Positions 49,851 to 64,000 of a DNA stretch of 64,000 bases are shown in pieces (the first letter of the stretch is position 1; each line of letters starts with the position of its first letter). The DNA is from the human T2T-CHM13v2.0 reference genome, Homo sapiens: assembly GCF_009914755.1 (NCBI RefSeq), contig NC_060948.1, one strand, 5' to 3'. The notes under the pieces were generated by a model. It was not told where the DNA came from. It searched no databases and worked only from the letters and a program-made list of their open reading frames with translations. The position numbers and the translations under genes were made by a program.

Positions 49851-50109
49851 CCTATATAAGAATACCTATGTACACACATATATACGTATATACATGTATA
49901 TACGTATATATGCACATTTATATACGTATATACATGTATATACGTATATATATACATGTACACATATGTATTTATTTCTCAAGTTACGAAACGGCTTGCA
50001 TTCTTTCCTGTGTCATGAAAAAGACTTTGCTAGAAAAGAAAAGCACTGCTTTATAATAAAATATTTTATTTGCATTTATTTTGTTAAGGCATTTTAAAAA
50101 TTGTATGTT

Positions 50110-51840
50110 TGTTTAAAAAATGTCATATGAAATGATACATATTTACAACTTAAGGCGTGATGTTCAACAGGTCATATACATTATGCATTGGATACATCCA
50201 GCCAATCAACATATGTGTGACCTCACATAGTTGTCATTTTTGTTGTGAAAAAACTTGACCTGCACTGTATTCGAATATTTTTAGAGAAAGAATATGTTAC
50301 CACTAGTTATAGTGAGCATGCTGAAGAAAATATTTTTAACCTATTCCTCCTTTATAACTAGAAGTATGAGTTCTTCATCCAGCATCTCGTCAGTGCACCC
50401 TCTTCACCGCAGTCATTGGAGTCACTACTTCTGTGAAGTCCGCTTTTTTGATTTCATATAAGAATGAGATCATGTGCTACTTTCCTTTCTGATACCTGGC
50501 TTATGTCACTTAACAGAATGGCATGCACACATTCAGCAGATTCCCACACATTCTCACAACTGGCAGGATTTCCTGATTTCTTATTGCAGCGCATATTTCC
50601 GTTGCGCATATGCGTTTTTGCCCCATTTTTTAATCCACTTATCAATGGAGGGACTCTCAGGTTGCTTCCGCATTTTGGCTACAGCAAAAATGTAATGAGT
50701 GCAGCAATAATTGCATGGGTGCGCGCACCGCTTCAACATACTGATCTGTGTACTGGCGGGCGTGCCCGGGTATTCTGATTTGCTGGATCATATAGTGGGT
50801 GGTTCTACTTGTAGATTTCTGAAGGCTGTTTATACTTAAATAAGAGCCATAAAGCTTCTTTAATGCCAGCACTAATTTACATTCTCCCCAAAAGTGAGCA
50901 GGGAATTCGTTTTCTCTGCCTCCTCACCAGAGATTAGGGTTTTCTTTTCTTTCTTTTTTTTTTTTTGTTTGTTTGTCTTTCGGATAATATGCATTCTGAC
51001 TGAAGTGAGAAGAAATCTCATTGTGTTTTTGATTTGCATTTTCGTGATGGATTGGGGATAATGAGGAATTTTTAGTGTGTCTTCTGGGCAACTGTATGTC
51101 TCAGTTTCACAAATGAGTCTTCGCAGCCTTCGCCCATTTGTTTTCATGCTATTGAGTTGTTGGGAGTTCCTTATGTACTGTGACTATTCCCCCATGAACA
51201 GATGTATGGTGATCCAATCATTGCTCCCATCCTGTAGGATGCCCCTTCTGTATGTTGAGTTTTCTATGGTGTGGTGAAGCACTTTAGTTTGATATGATTC
51301 CATTCTCTATTTTTGATGGTGTTTACTGTGTTCTTGCAGTCACTTTGAGACCATCATTGCACACACGGACGCCATGGAGCTGCTTCCTTGTGATCTCTTC
51401 TGCTATTTTTATCGTTTCACATCTGACACTGGAGTTTGGTGATAAATAATCCACTTGTAAAATCCTTTGTGTGGCTATTCAGATTTCCCCAACCTAGTTT
51501 ATAGAAGATACTTGATTTTGCATTGGGCGTTCTTGCTTCTTTGGGAAAAGGCTGTGAGCTGCAAATGCAGTGACTTAGTTCTGGGCTCCTGTTGTTTTTC
51601 CTAAGCTCTAGTCTCTGCTTTTCTGCCAGTGCTATTGTATTTTGGTACAAAAAGTTTTGTAGTAGTATATCATGAAGTTAGGTAGTGTGGTGGCTCCAGC
51701 TTTGTGCTTTTTACTGGATTGCTCTGGGTTTTCAGGATCTTCTGCCATTTCATAGCAAATTTGGGATTCCCAGATTGTTTTTCTAAGAAGAATGTGTCAT
51801 TGATATTTTTACAGGGGTTGTATAGAATCTGAGGATGACT
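50110..51840 (-). mobile_element. Old LINE-1 fragment, unit 3
   Basis: Paralog of 9480-11210. Confidence 0.85.
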
Positions 51841-51906
51841 CAGGTAGTAGTGATGTCAATGCCGTTTAGACAATGTGCGTGTTTGTGTGCACAAGCTCAG
51901 GGCCAA

Positions 51907-53355
51907 GAGACACTGGGTGTCCTCACCAATACTGAGGTGGGCCTTAATATCCAGCCAGATTGCCTTCTGGAAACACACGGAATGTCCTGTTCTGTTTTGC
52001 CATCTCTTCACATTTCCTCCCCTGTGAGCCCTGTGTGGTCCTCCAGATTCCCTGTGCGGTGGCCTGCCTTTTTTGGGGTGGGGAGTTGCTGGGTGAATGA
52101 GGATGGCGGAGGGAACCAAGTATGTCAGTGGAGCGTGGTGTCATCCAAACGGTACTTAGCAGGCCTGGGAGAGTCATTCTGGGAGGACGCAGACCTAGAG
52201 AGGCCTCAGGTGGGCATCTGTGTGGAGGGTGAGAGATCCCTGGTTGAGCCCAAACTGAACCCCAGGTAGAAGCAAGCCTCAGGACAGGGAAGTAGCTAGC
52301 AAGGGATGATGAGGGAGCTATCTCTTGACCCTGGCTTCCCACCCATTGACCTTAGCTACTTATGCCTATTAAGCAGATTACGGTTCCCCCATCGTGAAAT
52401 GTGGGTACCACAGTTCCCTGATGGGCATTTCTCCACCAGCCCATGATGGCCTGAGTTTCCTTACTGCAGTCTCCTCCCTGAGCCTTGGCTTCTCTATGTG
52501 TGTCCTAACTCCAGGACCCACAGGCCTGTCAACCCCCAGCCCTGGGCTGCTTCCCTGGCCTCTTCTCTGTTCCCTCTCTGAGGGCCTAACTCCCTTGGGT
52601 AGTGCTGCAGAATATAGAGCCACAGGCCCTGGCTGATGATCTGGTGGACTGGGCAAATTGGTCGTGACAGGTCAGGTTCTGGTTCAAAGCCAATTCCTCC
52701 GATGCCAAGGAATGTCGAAGAAGGTCCTTTGCCATGATGCCCCATAGCTGCCCCACCTCAGCAATCGTGCCGTAACCTGGGCCCTCACAGTCAGACAACC
52801 AGCTGAAGAAGCTCAGGCAGTGACCTGCGGGAAACTCGGGCTTTCACCTGCATGACCCTAGAACCACTGGACTGCAGTGGAGCCAGTCGCCCTGTATCCT
52901 GGAGGGAGACGAGTCAGGAAGGCGCACGCCAGGCCCAGCTCCCGAGGTACTACCCCCTCTACTCCTCAGGGAGGATGCCAACGCAATACTCCTTAGTCGT
53001 CACTTTGTTTCCGAAGTAAATGTTGTGATGAAAGGCAAACTTCTTCCTACCCCTTGTATTCAGGGTGGCCGAGTTCCTCCACCTGCCTGTCCAAGAAGGA
53101 GAAACAGGGCTGTGAAGGGGCAATTTCATCTAGGTGGGCTGAGGTGGCATTCTAGCCGGGGTGAAGCATGCGTTTCCCCTTCCCAGCTTTCCCGCTGAGA
53201 CACACCTGAGCCCCAGAAGGACCTCAACCTGACCAGGACCTTAGCACCCTCCCCCAGACCCAGGCTTTCCATCCTGACCTGCAAATCCAACATGCAGCTT
53301 TGAAGGACTTTCTCATGGTTTCTGAGCTCCTTGCTCTCACCAGAAAGAATCAGAA
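51907..53355 (-). pseudogene. Second TSPY-like relic, unit 3
   Basis: Copy of 11277-12725 at offset +40630. Confidence 0.85.
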
Positions 53356-55372
53356 CTTTTAAAGTGTTCTTTATGCCAACTTAAATTTTTCATTTTTACT
53401 ACCTCATGTTTTGGATGAGGCATGTATTTTTAAATTTATTTTCACCCTTATTGTACCTCTATGATAAACTGCTTGCTTACATTCATACCGTAATTATCTC
53501 TCAGGTTACTTGTCTGTTCCTAAAGATTCACTGAAACGAAGAATTCTATATATGCTTGTATCTTTCAGCAACCGTATGTCAGATAGCACTGCACATTACT
53601 GCAGACATCGCATATACAGGTCCAAAGGTAGAGGAAGAAGAAGAAAGCAAGCGTTAAGCTCTATACATTCCTAAAAGCATATCAGAAACTCACAAATAAC
53701 AGTGAAATCAAAGAATGATCACAGCCAATTCCATTACATACCTAGACTGAAATACGAAACTTCAAAGAAAAGAAACATTAGAACTTTGGGTTTGTAAAAA
53801 TTTTCCTATATAGATAAAATTATTGGTAACTGTGTCTCACTAGAAAACGTAAACAAAAGTCCATGTTTTTCATATTTGTAAATATACATAGTTTTATTTC
53901 CATCAGTTATGACATGCAAGCAAGTAATAAAGTGAAAGTACAATCAAATGATATATGGAACTTCCTCAGTCTTAAAATATTCCATGGAGACTATCAATTT
54001 TATGAAAACTATAAAGAATGCTTCATGAAACTACATTGTACAGTGCCATTTACTATTTTACTGACATTTTAAATAATCAACAATTAAAGGGAATACATCA
54101 ACATTATTTAATACCAATAACGTTATTTTTCTTGAGTAATCCTGTTGAAATTAAGGATTTTAAATAAAACATTAAAAACAAATTATATTGACTGATTTCA
54201 GCTTTGGATGAAATCATACTTGTGTATTTGTAGTAATGCGAAGCATAACTTTCTCCTCACAATTAATCTTTTATAACATCGGTGTTATAGTTTTCTCTGA
54301 CACCAACATTGTGATATCGCACAGGTTTACTGCATGCATGCATTACATGCCTCCAGAGAGTAGGCTTCAAATATATGGAAAAATTATATTTATGAAAAAA
54401 TTCTAGGAAAGGGAATGGTGAAATGGAAGAGAATTTCTCACTTGCTAACTGTTGGACATGGATTTGTATATATTTGGATATAGACACATACTGGCACACT
54501 GTGAGTTTGCCCATGTATATATACACTTAAATGAGAAACCCATAATATATGGGTTGTGTAATCTTTTAATTAATCCATAATTGTATGTGTGTGAAATTAG
54601 ATAAGCGGTTACCTTTTCTTTACTCAATTTGATGGAAAGCCAAAAAACTCTGTCCACCTTCATTTCAATTAATCCAATACTGTTAACTGCTGGTAGCTTC
54701 ATTCTCCTTGTTCTCTTACGGCAACCGGAAAGTTAATTCTCGCTCTAATTTGGCTTTCAAGGTGCGATCAACAAGAGTGTCACCTTGCTGTGGATTGTGA
54801 CCTCTGACTCCACCTCTGTCTTCCTTTTGCAGTCCTACCTTTGCATAGGTAACAAACTTTGTACATGGTTAAAAGGATAAAAGTTCAGTGAAATGTCAAG
54901 CCATGCTGTGAAATGTTCCATAGTTTCTATATCTCTAATTGTCCTTTGATGTTATAGAGGCAAGAAAAATAATTCAATGTTTTTCTTAGTATCTAGTCCA
55001 ATGCACTCTTTCTTCATAATACTGCAAACAAGGCACTGACATGGAAACGTGGCTGGACGTCTCAAAATCTCTTCTCATTAATTACCATTATGTTAATCAC
55101 TGTTGCCCACAACTGGAATTGGACTTTGAAATCCCCTGGTGGAAATTGCTATAATGGCTCAAACTACTGGAAAGACTATCTTTTTTTACCTGAAAATATC
55201 TGATGAGCATAGACGTATGCTATATACAGGAAGATATTGTACATTAACAACATACCATCACTGCCACTCAATAATAGGTATCCCAAACCTTTGAGCCAAA
55301 CTGAGCTCAGGTGCTCCCACAAACCAAGCTTTTCCCTCCACAGATTTCTTATGTCAAAAAGCCACAACTCCA

Positions 55373-56016
55373 GGCCAGGCTTCGTGGCTCTTGTTGTAAT
55401 TTCTACATTTTGGGAGGCCGAGGTTGGTGGGTCACTTGAGGTCAGGAGTTGGAGACCAGCATGGGCAACATGGCAAAAAGCTGTCTCTACCAAAAATACA
55501 AAAATTAGCCAGACCTAGTGGCACTTTCCTGTGGTCCCAGCTACTTGGGAGGCTGAGGTAGGAGAACCACCTGAACATGGGTGGCAGAGATTGTATAGTA
55601 AGCCAAGATCAGACTACTGCACTCCAGCCTGGATGACACAGCGAGACCATGAAAAAAAAAATAAAGGCAACTCCACTCATCCACTGGCTTAGGTAAAAAA
55701 TACTGGAGTTGGCTGGGCTCGGTGGCTCACACCTGTATTCCCAGCACTTTGGATTTTGGGAAGCTGAGTCGGGCGGGTCACCTGAGATCTGTAGTAGGAG
55801 AGCAGCCTGGCCAACATGGTGAAGCCTGGCTTCTACTAAAAATACAAAACATTAGCTGAGCGTGGTGATGCATGCTTGTAATCCCAGCTACTGCAGAGGC
55901 TGAACCTGGGAGGCGGAGGATGTGTTGAGCTGAGATCCTGCCACTGCGCTCCAGCCTGGTCTACAGAGCGAGAGTACCCTGTGAGAAACAAAGGTGAAGA
56001 GAACAAGAAAAAAAAA
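55373..56016 (+). mobile_element. Tandem Alu pair, unit 3 (55373-55665, 55711-56016)
   Basis: Paralogs of 14744-15402. Confidence 0.93.
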
Positions 56017-56122
56017 TGAGAAAAATAAGACCCACTGCAAAAGGTTGCCACAGAAAAGATTAAACATTTCAGCAACTTCTATCTTCTATCATGGAAGCCA
56101 AGGTTATTTGGACCAAACCTCC

Positions 56123-56475
56123 TGTCTTAGTTCATTTTCACGCTGCTGAAGAAGAGATACCTGAAACTGGGAATAAAAGGAGGTTTAATTGGACTGACAG
56201 TTCCACATGGCTGTGGAGGCCTCAGAATCATGGTATACGAATAAAGGCACTTCTTACATGGCAATGCCAAGAGAGAATGAGGAAGAACCTGAGGCAGAAA
56301 CCCCTGAAAAACCCATCAGATCCCGTGAGACTTCTTCACTGTCACAAGAATAGCATGAGAAAGACCGACCCCCATGATTCAATTACCTCCCCCTGGGTCC
56401 CACCCGCAACACGAGGGAATTCTGGGAGATACAATTGAAGCTGAGATTTGAATGGAGACACACCAAACCATGTCA
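56123..56475 (-). mobile_element. Solo THE1 LTR, unit 3
   Basis: Paralog of 15510-15862. Confidence 0.9.
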
Positions 56476-59400
56476 CTTCCCAAACAATTAAAAATTCCCA
56501 ATAGAAGAAGCATTAATTATATCAAAAAGTGGTGGACCAAGAAGGAACTATTAGCCTCATATCTCAAGAAAGACTCCAGTCAAGGCCTAGGGACTACTCA
56601 TGAAAAGAGTTTAATAGCCGACTCTCTCCCAGTGGATCTGGATTCCACCGGACTGTATCTTCACAGTAAGGGTGAAACAGAAGCAAACCCATTCCTATTT
56701 CCAAGCTCAAGGAACTTTGGTCAAAGTTCTCTTGGAGCTGAGCAGAACAAGGAGGCAAACAGAAAAGATTTGTGTCCCTGAGAAGTCATGGCCACAGGCT
56801 GGCTATCACACAGATTGTCAAGCCAGTTCCATATTGCATGGGTATTACAGAAAATCTCAAAACATAAATTTGTGTGTGGGTTGTCCCAGAGTAGCAGGAT
56901 CTGGCAGAAGGAAATTTCCTTCTAACCCTCAAAGAATCCACATAAATCTTGTTACATTTGGGATTTTACGATTTGCTTCAAGAATGAGAATGGCCTTAAT
57001 TTTCATATCTTTTTCTACACTCAGTTTATGGCTTGTTGGCGTCAAAGTTCTGCTTGCTTCACACAATGAGTTTAGGATTTTCCCTTTTTTATTCTATAGA
57101 ATTCTTCATATATATTGAAATGCTCTGCCTGGGGAAAAAAATCTGAGCCTAGCGTTTTATCTCTAGGAAGAATCCTTTATTTCCTTGAACATTTATGAGA
57201 CTATACAGATTATATATGTCTTCTTGTATCAATTTTACTAAGCTATATACATAGCTTATGTTTATATATTATATATATAAATGTAAGATACAAATATAAA
57301 AATTATGTATAAATATGAAAATATAAATAGAAAGCGATATATATGTCTATATATATAGACAGATTATAAATATCTGTCTATTTGATCTAAGTTTTCAAAT
57401 TTGTAGGTTAAGGTGTTAACGATATTTCCTTATTAGCTTCTTAATCTATGCTGTATCTATGGTTGTGTACCTTTTAAATTCTTAGTTTTATCTATGTTTT
57501 CTCCCTTTTTTTCTAAACTTGACTGACGGTTGCATCATTTATTATATTTCTCCAACAAGCAAAGGTTAGCTTTGTATGTTTTACTAATTTTGTCTACATC
57601 ATTATTCCCACACTTTAGTTTTTCAGAATTGATTCTGTTGTTTCTTTTCTAATTCTTTATTGAAATATCTAGTACATTAATTTTCAAGTTATTAGAGAAA
57701 TATTTGTCTGTAAACTCCTATTGTAATATCACTTTTCTTGCTACTCACAGATTTAATCTTTAATATTGGCGGTATCATTGAGTTCTAAGTACATTTCAAT
57801 TCCTAGTATGATAATCTATGAATTGCTGAGAAATAGTGTTTACAATTTTGTTGTTCTATTTCCACTTAAGTTTATTTTTACTTCTGCTAACTCAATTGAA
57901 AATTCTTTACTAATTTTTAAAATCCTTGAACCCAAGAGATGGAGGTTGCAGTGAGCTGAGATCAGGCCACTGCATTCCAGACTGAGTGACAGAGTGGAAC
58001 GAGATTTCAAAACAAAACAAAACAAAACAAAACAAAACAAAACAGTCACTGGAAAGATAATAAAATACATAAATGTGGGATGTAATATGTAATCGTGATA
58101 AAATAAACTGGATTTTTTGTATAAGTTATACATATAAATGTAATGCCAAGACACTGATAAGACAACTCATGGTCTTATCTCAATACTTAGTGTCTTCATG
58201 TAACATATGTCCTTTAGGATAGTTATAGTCCGTTTTCTTTCCAGGAGAGACAGATGAGAATGCAGAAATGTTAAAGTGCAAGGGACGGAAGCTTCCAGCT
58301 GTGCCCACCTGTAACCTGACGTAGACAGTTCCACCGTTTGCTTCATTAATCATGCCAAAGGCTCTAATGCAAATGTGGTACAGAGTCACATGTTTTTGTA
58401 TCTACATGATAGAAACTATAACTTCATCCCTATATAGAAGGGTATATAGCATATGCCTCAGTGATAAATATAAGTGAATCCTTGATCAGTAGGAAACCAT
58501 TTTAAAAGTCTTTCATAACAGAACAAAATCCCTGAAAACATTTTCTTCTCAATCTCTGAGTTTTCTTACACGGCTTATGAATCTCTAGCCATACTAAAGA
58601 GATAGTATGCTGCTCTTCCCACAAATTATTCATTGTATATAATTCCTGTAATCTAATAACAGTACCTTTACACCTCAGGGTTTAAAATGACTCCAACCTT
58701 TTTCTGTTTCTCCAATTAAAATAACTTTTTTAAGGTTTAATCTTCAGTAATTTTTTGTAGTAATATTTTTGAAGGTATTTGACCAGGATGATTTGCTTAT
58801 ATACCTACCTGACGTCTCCCTTTCTTCTGAATACATATTTTATTACCCACCTATTAGATCTAAGTTTAAGAAGTTGGAATAGGGATTTAAATCTAAATTC
58901 TACATTTGAATTTACAGGAGTCAGCGAGTCCGGGAAGTGCCTTTATGCACAGACCAATATCTGGCAATGGCACTAGGAGACAAATAAGCTTTACCAGTCT
59001 CAAAGCCCTGGCTACTACAGTGAATCCACCCTTCTCCTGGATCTTATCTACTTCAGCAAAAGAAGGCCACCCACTAAACCAGGCCCTTGTACTTTGGGTG
59101 GAAACTCCTAAGTCCTCTAGTCTCCTCAAACAGACAGCCAGGCTGCCAATTTCCACAATAATAATTTCTATAGCACTGAGTCTTTGGTAGCCTTGTAACT
59201 ATAGCTACTGATGCTACAGTCTGGTCCCTGTATGATAAAACACCAGAGCAACAGAAACAAAAATATTGACTGAAGCCTTCTAAAATCTCTCTAAATATAC
59301 CTTCAATAAATATCGTTTTTTTTACAGAACGACTGCTTTCAGCTTCCTGAACTAACGCTTGGCCTTCGCTAGTTGTCACTGTTGAAATTGATTCAAAAGT

Positions 59401-59702
59401 GTACATTTAACATGAAAGTCAACACAGAATTTCATGTGTCAGCAACTAAAATTTTCAAAATGTTGCAAAATACAAATGTGAAACTGTATTTGTGAAATTT
59501 ACCATTCATTGAAATTATATTTTCATACCTACCCAGGCACAGAATTTTTTATAACTGTCTGCATGTTCTCCTCATGTGGGGGAAAAGCAGCATCAGCAGG
59601 CAGAGGAATCCTTTGAAGCTGGAGGGAGAGGTTGCAGTGATCTGAGAGTTTGCCACTTGACTGCAGCCTGGATGACACAGTGAGACTCCAACTGAAAAGA
59701 AA

Positions 59703-59741
<39 letters not shown>

Positions 59742-59806
59742 CCAAAATTGATAAGTAAAAAAAAAATCCATATTCGAAAACATGCTCACAGGCTAACTCC
59801 CATATC

Positions 59807-59851
<45 letters not shown>

Positions 59852-60981
59852 TCCTTGAAAACGAAAGTTCCACAAGGGCAAAACAAGAAAACAAATTTAA
59901 CACCCCCCAAAGAAAGTACAAAGAGTAACCTCAAAAGAACTGCAGGGGAAAACAATTCAAAATTTACAAGTATCTACCCTAAAAGAAGCTGAAAGTCCCT
60001 CAAAAACTTTCCAGAGGCCATGTCCTTGTATTACAAAAATGATCATAAAAACTGGCAGGAGTAGACGAATAGAAATGCATCTTAAAACTTGCTAAACCCT
60101 TCAAGTCTCCCATAAGAATTGTAATGGAAAATGGATCGGTCGGCAGCTTTTTCCATACAATTATGAACAAATTATATTTCTTCATACATAGATTTGTTTT
60201 TTCAATATTCTAAGGAATTAACTTTTATATTAATAGTAGGTGATGTAAGAAAGCAGGCCTTTATCAAGATAACTGACACTGGATGTCCATACCATTACTC
60301 AGGTGGGCCTTAATTCCCAGCCGGGTTCCCTCCCTGGACACACACTGAAGGTCCCCAGCCATTTGGCAATCTCTTCACATTCCCAGCCCTGGAGGTAGCC
60401 CTAAAATACATGTACCTGAAGAAAATAAAACATTGCCTCACACTGGAGCCCAGTGTGGTCCTCCAGATTCCGTGTGAGGTGGACTAACTTATATGGGAAG
60501 GCAGGGCAGCGGGAGTGAGGATGGCAGAGAGGATTACACATGTCAAGGCAGCCGGGGTCATGGAAACAAAACATGACTGGCCTGGGAGAAACACTGTGAA
60601 AGGACATACACCTAGGTGGGCCTCAGGTGGACATCCTCGTGGAGAAAAAGGGGGCCCTGGTTGATCTCAAAATGAGCCCCAGGTGGTAGCAGGTCTTACC
60701 GCAGGGCAGGGAGCTGGCGAGTAATGATGAGACAGCTATCCCTTAAGCCCTGCTTGTCACCCACTGACTTTAGCCACATATGCATCATAGTGGCTTAAGG
60801 TGCCCCGATCCTGAAATGTGGGTGTTACATGTCCCTGATGGGCCTCTCTCCCCCAACCCACGGATTGCCTGGGATTGCTCACTGCAGTCTCCTCCCGGAT
60901 CCTTGGGTTCTCCATGTGGGGCCCAGATCCAGGTCAAAAGGCCTCTCAGTTCCCAGCCCTTCCCAGCCCTAGGCTGCTCGC

Positions 60982-63558
60982 CTGGCCTCCTCTCTGTTCC
61001 GCCTCTAGGGCTGACCCTCTCTCCATGGGATAGAACTGCAATGGATTGAGCCATAGGCCCTGGGTGATGATCTAGGTGACTGCAGAAGTGGGTCCAGGAC
61101 AGTTCAGGTGACAGTTCAAAGCCAATTCCCCAGAGACCAAGGAATGACCAGCTAGGTCCTTTCCCATGATGCCCCACGGCGAACCCCACCTCAGCAATCC
61201 TGCCAAAACCCGGGCAGTCATGTTCAGCCAAACAGCTGAATGAGCTCAGGTAGGAGGTGTACTGCCTGCAGCTGGAGGCTTGACCTTCGTGATCCCAGAA
61301 CCGCTGGACTGCAGTGGAATGAGACACCCTGTAGCCTGCAGGGAGAGGAGTCAGGAAGGTTCATGCCAGTCCCACCCTCCCACACACCAGCTCCCCTACC
61401 ATGCTGGGAGGCATTCCTTACCGAGGATGCCAACACAGTGCTCCTTCATGATGATTTCACTGTGGAAATAAAGGTTGGGATGAAAGGAAATCATCCTGCC
61501 ACCGGTAACCGGGATGGCTGAGTTCCTCCACCTGCCGGATCAAGGAGAAAGAGGATGGATTCAATGGGACCATCTCAACTAGCCGGGCTGAGGTGGCCTA
61601 CTAGCTGTAGTGAACCATGAGTTTCCCCTTCCCAGCTCTCCCACTGAGACAACCCTGGTCCCCAGGGGGACCTCAAACTGACTCAGACACTGGACTCCTC
61701 CCACAGACCCAGGCTCCCCAGCCTGACCTGCAAATCCATCACGTAGCAAAGCAGGACTTCCGCATGCTTTCCGACCCACGCCGACATCTCGTGTGCCAAA
61801 CAATCTACCTCTGCGCAAGAACTCTCCAGAGGATTGGGTGGGCAAGCCTCGTGACGCCTTGCAATTTCGCAAGAACACAGACAATGTGGAACAGGGCCAT
61901 CTCCCAGACATTTGGCCAGTCACCCTTCATTGTTGGCCCTCTATCTCTGTCTGGCGAGGAGGCAACGCCACAACTGTGGTGGTTTTTGGAGTGGGTGGAC
62001 CCCGGCCAAGACGGCCTGGGCTGACCAGAGACGGGAGGCAGAAAAAGTGGGCAGGTGGTTGCAGCTGAGGGACGGGAGGGGCCGGGGGTGGTGTGAGGCG
62101 GCTGCTTCTCTGAGTTTCTGAGATGCAGGAGGCCTTTGTGTGCTGGGTGCTGGACATGCTCCGCTGATGTCCGGGTGTGTGGTGTCCTCTTATCCTAGTA
62201 TCCCTGAGGGGTGGGCCTGTCCACCTGAGGGAAGCCTTGTAGTTAGAAGCCACAGCAGGGTCGTGCCTGGCGCTCTCCAAGGGAATTGCGTGGGTCCAGA
62301 GGAAGTTATACAGGCTCAGGGCCTACACGCCTTTGAGTGCAGCGCCTGCAGTTGGATGAATGCGCATCTGCGGAGCTGGTGCCCGCCGTCAGGTGGTCGG
62401 CAGCCCCATGCGCCGCGAACCCGTCTTAAGCACCTTGCGTTTCTGGGGTGAGCCTGCTGGAAACAGGCACCGAGAGCAGGGGTGGTTCAATGGCTGGTAA
62501 TGGCATACAGATTCCCCGTCCTCCAGGGACGTTCCCAGGGAAACGCGTCCTTCGAATTTGGGCTGTGCGCAAAGGGACCTTGGCGCCGCGATTCTCCCTT
62601 GTCAGTGCTGGCCCTGGCTCCCCTTCCCTACCACGTGCTCCCAGGGCTGCTACAAGCGAGCTGCCCTCACAGCTGCGGGAACGTGGCCTCGGCTCCCACG
62701 CTGTCCCCCATCCCCTGCCTCCTGGCTGACCCCACGTGCCTCCCACCTGGCTCCTCCCCGCAAACAGCCCCCATACCCCCCGAGGCCCGATGACTATCCC
62801 CTGCTGCCCGCCATCCCAAATCGGCAGCCGCAAGGATATGGCTCTGGCTCACAAGGCGGAGATGCTCTGTGGCCTGGGGCATTCACGGAGCCCAGCTCCA
62901 AGTGAAGGACCTCCAGCGAGTCCATTGACGGCCCCGGTGTGCTCGGTCCAGGGCCAGGCTGTGCCCGCTGGCCCTCCTTCTGCCACCCCACGTCGGGCTC
63001 CACCTCAACCACCACCTCCACCTCAGCCATGATGTCTTCCACCTTCAGCACCGCCTCCTCTTCCAAGGCCGCCTCCTTGCTCTGTACCCCGGCCGTCCTC
63101 TCCAGCATTGCCTCCAGCCTGAACACGGTTTTCTCCTGGGTGCTCCCACAGACCCTGGGCCTGCGCAGCCCAGCCCAGCCCAGCCCATGCCCCGCACCCG
63201 TAGGCTCTGGGGGCCCGCTCCCCAGCAGACCCGCTCCCTGCAAGACCCACGGGCGTCGCCCTGCTGTGAACCTGGTCCCACACCTACGTGGACCCAGGTT
63301 TCCTGAGGAGCTCCGCTGGACCCGCAGATCCCGCACTGGCCAAAGGGCTCCGGTCCCCAGCAGGCTCAACTGCGCACAGGAGCTCGGGAGCCAGAGGCCC
63401 CGGCCCTGGGCTTGCAGAGCCCCACCAACAGGCACCGCAACCGCTGCTGCGGGTGCGGGAGCCTCTGGGTCGTCAAGGCAGCGCACAACAGCGTGCGCGC
63501 AGGCCGACAATGGCCAACCCTGGCGGCTGGCCTCTGGTGTGCCCAGGGCATAGGGCAA
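60982..63558 (-). pseudogene. FAM197Y: FAM197Y-type inverted TSPY paralog, unit 4
   Basis: Copy of 51-2627 at offset +60931. The partner TSPY ATG would fall at ~64180, outside the window. Confidence 0.85.
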
Positions 63559-64000
63559 GAGGCCCTTTGGAATGCTCCTTGGAGTACAGCATCCTCAGGG
63601 AGGAAGCATGGTACTCGGAGCCTCTATTTGCCTCGACCTGTGAGAGTGTGTGCCGGGGCTCTGGCCTCTACAGCAGATCAATTCCACCTCAGCACCGGCA
63701 GGCGACTTTCCTCCCACGTGCCCGCCCCGATCACTTCCCCCAGGACACCCCTGCCGCCCTAGCCCCAGCAACCAGAGAGAGTTCTCTGCATCTGCTGTAT
63801 TACCTCCGTACCATCTACCTGGCCTGCCTAACGAAGAGAGATGTTTCCTGTGTTCATGACACATAGAGATGTTCATGGCTTGCCACACTGAGGATTTCAG
63901 GGCACAGGGCTGCCATGCCCACAATTCCAAAGGCCACGCAGCCCGCGTGTGCCCGGATGCCTAGCTACCCGGCACAAGCTCCAAGGGCTTCTCGGAGGAG
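62331..64000. promoter_or_regulatory. CpG island / divergent promoter, unit 4 (truncated by window end)
   Basis: Paralogous copy of 1400-3069. Confidence 0.7.

Larger units (their letters stand above)
1..64000 (+). repeat. TSPY/DYZ5 tandem array, ~20.3 kb units (1-20317, 20318-40617, 40618-60931, partial 60932-64000)
   Basis: The window start GGTCAAAAGGCCTCTCAG recurs at 20318, 40618 and 60932. The ORF track repeats with offsets 20317/40617/60931. Copies differ only by scattered SNVs and STR or poly(A) length changes. Confidence 0.99.

Noticed and set aside
1-64000. CRISPR array, prokaryotic operon or defence system, tRNA/rRNA genes
   Set aside because: No repeat-spacer structure or structural RNA signature was seen. 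The sequence is primate genomic DNA with Alu/L1 elements and spliceosomal introns.

Overview
This is human Y-chromosome (Yp) sequence from the TSPY tandem array (DYZ5). It holds about 3.15 head-to-tail copies of a ~20.3 kb unit: 1-20317, 20318-40617, 40618-60931 and a partial 60932-64000. Each complete unit carries an intact six-exon TSPY gene on the + strand (308, 308 and 314 aa, with copy-specific variants). Each unit also contains Alu, L1 and THE1-LTR relics and microsatellites. Reading the minus strand shows two further degenerate TSPY paralogs per unit. The first is a head-to-head inverted copy (the FAM197Y/CYorf16 locus) whose TSPY exons 1-5 are recognisable at the same splice positions. 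It has an apparent extra intron in exon 1 and a possible ~153-aa spliced ORF. The second is a promoterless exon 2-5 relic about 8.4 kb further along the minus strand. Differences between copies are mosaic, consistent with gene conversion, and include a promoter CCAAT-box/GC-box switch. Almost all ORFs in the supplied track are spurious, since this is intron-containing eukaryotic DNA. All alignments were done by eye.
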